NCBI GenBank assembly: GCA_038087875.1 | Contig: CM075998.1 | Span: 3,536,001-3,600,000, forward strand | DNA: 64,000 nt | Reading direction: 5' to 3' | DNA from: Malacoraja senta | Lineage: Eukaryota | Shown: positions 62,426-64,000 of the stretch, piece by piece | Layout of the letters: every line of letters starts with the position of its first letter | How positions within the stretch are numbered: position 1 is the first letter of the stretch | Translations under genes and position numbers: made by a program | Notes under the pieces: model-generated | What the model was told of the DNA's origin: nothing | The model's input: only the letters and a program-made list of their open reading frames with translations | Databases searched by the model: none

Positions 62426-63354
62426 TGTTATAGTACCTACCTCAACTACCTCCTCCGGCAGCTCGTTCCATGCACCCACCGCCCTTTGTGTGAGATGTAA
62501 GATGAACTTGTGCAGGAAGGAACTGCAGATGCTGGTTTACACCGAGGATAGACACAGAATGCTGGAGTAACTCAGCGGGACAGGCAGCATCTCTGGAGAG
62601 AAGGAATGGGCGACGTTTCAGGTCGAGATAATTCTTCAGACTGAAGAAGAGTCTGGGCCGAAACATCACCTATTCCTTTTCTCCAGAGATGCTGCCTGTC
62701 CCGCTGTGTAAGATGAACCTCTCATTTCCCACGTTACAAGATGGCCTCTGGTTTTTCATTCCCCTAGCCTGGGGAAAAGTCTCCACTGGAATCATGAATA
62801 GAGAAGGACCCAAGCTGAAGGCTGTTTGAACGATATCTCTCCAGGTGGATGGGCAGCCATGCACGATGGGCAAAGTCCCTGCAACCTCCAGACCCGGCAG
62901 CACCCGATGGCAATGCCAGTCCTGCAGCCTGGCATCAAACTCGATCAACGCCAGCCAGGCCAGTGAGCCACCGTTGAAGCAAGATTCTCAAGCAGGAAGC
63001 TATGGAGGTGGAACGGCCAGGAGGCCCGTGGAGAGGACACAAGGCTGATGAAGTCCTCCACACAGCGGGAGGAAGCGGGAGAAGAGGTTTGTGCATGGGG
63101 ATGTTGTCCGGGAATGAACGAATTTGCAAGCGCGAAAGTGTAATTAAAAGGCAGGGTGACTTTCGTTCCTGTGACACTTTTCATGGCCTCAGGAAATCCC
63201 AAAGTGGCTCCCTCCTCTCACGAAGTGCCTTTAGTCTTGTTGGCACTGCGACTGCGGTAATGTAGGAAGTGTAACAGATGAGTCCCACACACTAGCTGCC
63301 GCTCACTGTCGTGAGATAATGATCAGATCATCTGCCCTGCACCATGGAAGGAAC

Positions 63355-63820
63355 ATAGACAATAGACAATAGACAATAGGTGCAGGAGTAGGCCATTTAG
63401 CCCTTCGAGCCAGCACCGCCATTCACTGTGATCATGGCTGATCATCCCCAATCAGTACCCCGTTCCTGCCTTCTCCCCATATCCCCTGACTCCGCTATTT
63501 TTAAGAGCCCTATCTAGCTCTCTCTTGAAAGCATCCAGAGAACCGGCCTCCACCGCCCTCTGAGGCAGAGAATTCCACAGACTCACCACTCTCTGTGAGA
63601 AAAAGTGTTTCCTCGTCTCCGTTCTAAATGGCTTACCCCTTATTCTTAAACTGTGTGTGGCCCCTGGTTCTGGACTCCCCCAACATCGGGAACATGTTTC
63701 CTGCCTCTAGCGTGTCCAAACCCTTAACAATCTTATATGTTTCAATGAGATCCCCTCTCATCCTTCTAAACTCCAGAGTGTACAAGCCCAGCCGCTCCAT
63801 TCTCTCAGCATATGACAGTC
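63355..63820 (-). mobile_element. CR1 3' end
   Basis: LSYAERMERLGLYTLEFRRMRGDLIETYKIV; ATTGTCT tail. Confidence 0.9.
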
Positions 63821-64000
63821 GCACAGAGCGGCACAGCATCGGAAGGGGCCCTTCGGCCCACAGTGTCTGTGCCGGAAAGAGGGGTGAAACTTGGCCAGGA
63901 TTCTGGAGACACATCGTTCAAATCCCATCGTGCAGTGACAACCCAAGAGATCAAGTGTTTGATTATCATATGTCCCAAAAAAGGGAAAAAAGGAAATTCG

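Noticed and set aside
62835..63048. Candidate exon after CTCTCCAG (similarly ~44505-44665 and the minus ORF 17985-18275)
   Set aside because: Short open frames without recognisable protein similarity; RNA-seq would be needed
63045..63140. CTGATGA...CGAAA possible hammerhead
   Set aside because: No convincing stems I-III around the motifs

Overview
Vertebrate genomic DNA. The repeat set (HE1-type tRNA/V-SINEs, HER1/CR1 LINEs) points to a cartilaginous fish, probably a skate or ray; this is an inference. I recognise no host protein-coding exon. The window looks intronic or intergenic and is dominated by nested transposable elements: many 5'-truncated CR1 LINEs; HERO, L2, Rex1, RTE and Tx1 LINE fragments; tRNA SINEs; one full-length but frameshifted Gypsy (Mag-like) LTR element with 198-bp LTRs and a 5-bp TSD; a solo LTR; about 12 PIF/Harbinger-like MITEs; Penelope-like (GIY-YIG) fragments; and a 200-N gap. 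The main candidates are two kinds of ribozyme-bearing retroelement. (1) A ~140-nt promoter-less short retroposon (57031-57173 and 34693-34832, minus strand) whose 5' end is exactly a compact HDV/CPEB3-like ribozyme fold. (2) A very abundant Penelope-derived repeat carrying a minimal hammerhead motif, which occurs as fold-back units with their own TSDs and as a tandem half-hammerhead array. All RNA structures were folded by eye, activity is untested, and most repeat boundaries are approximate.
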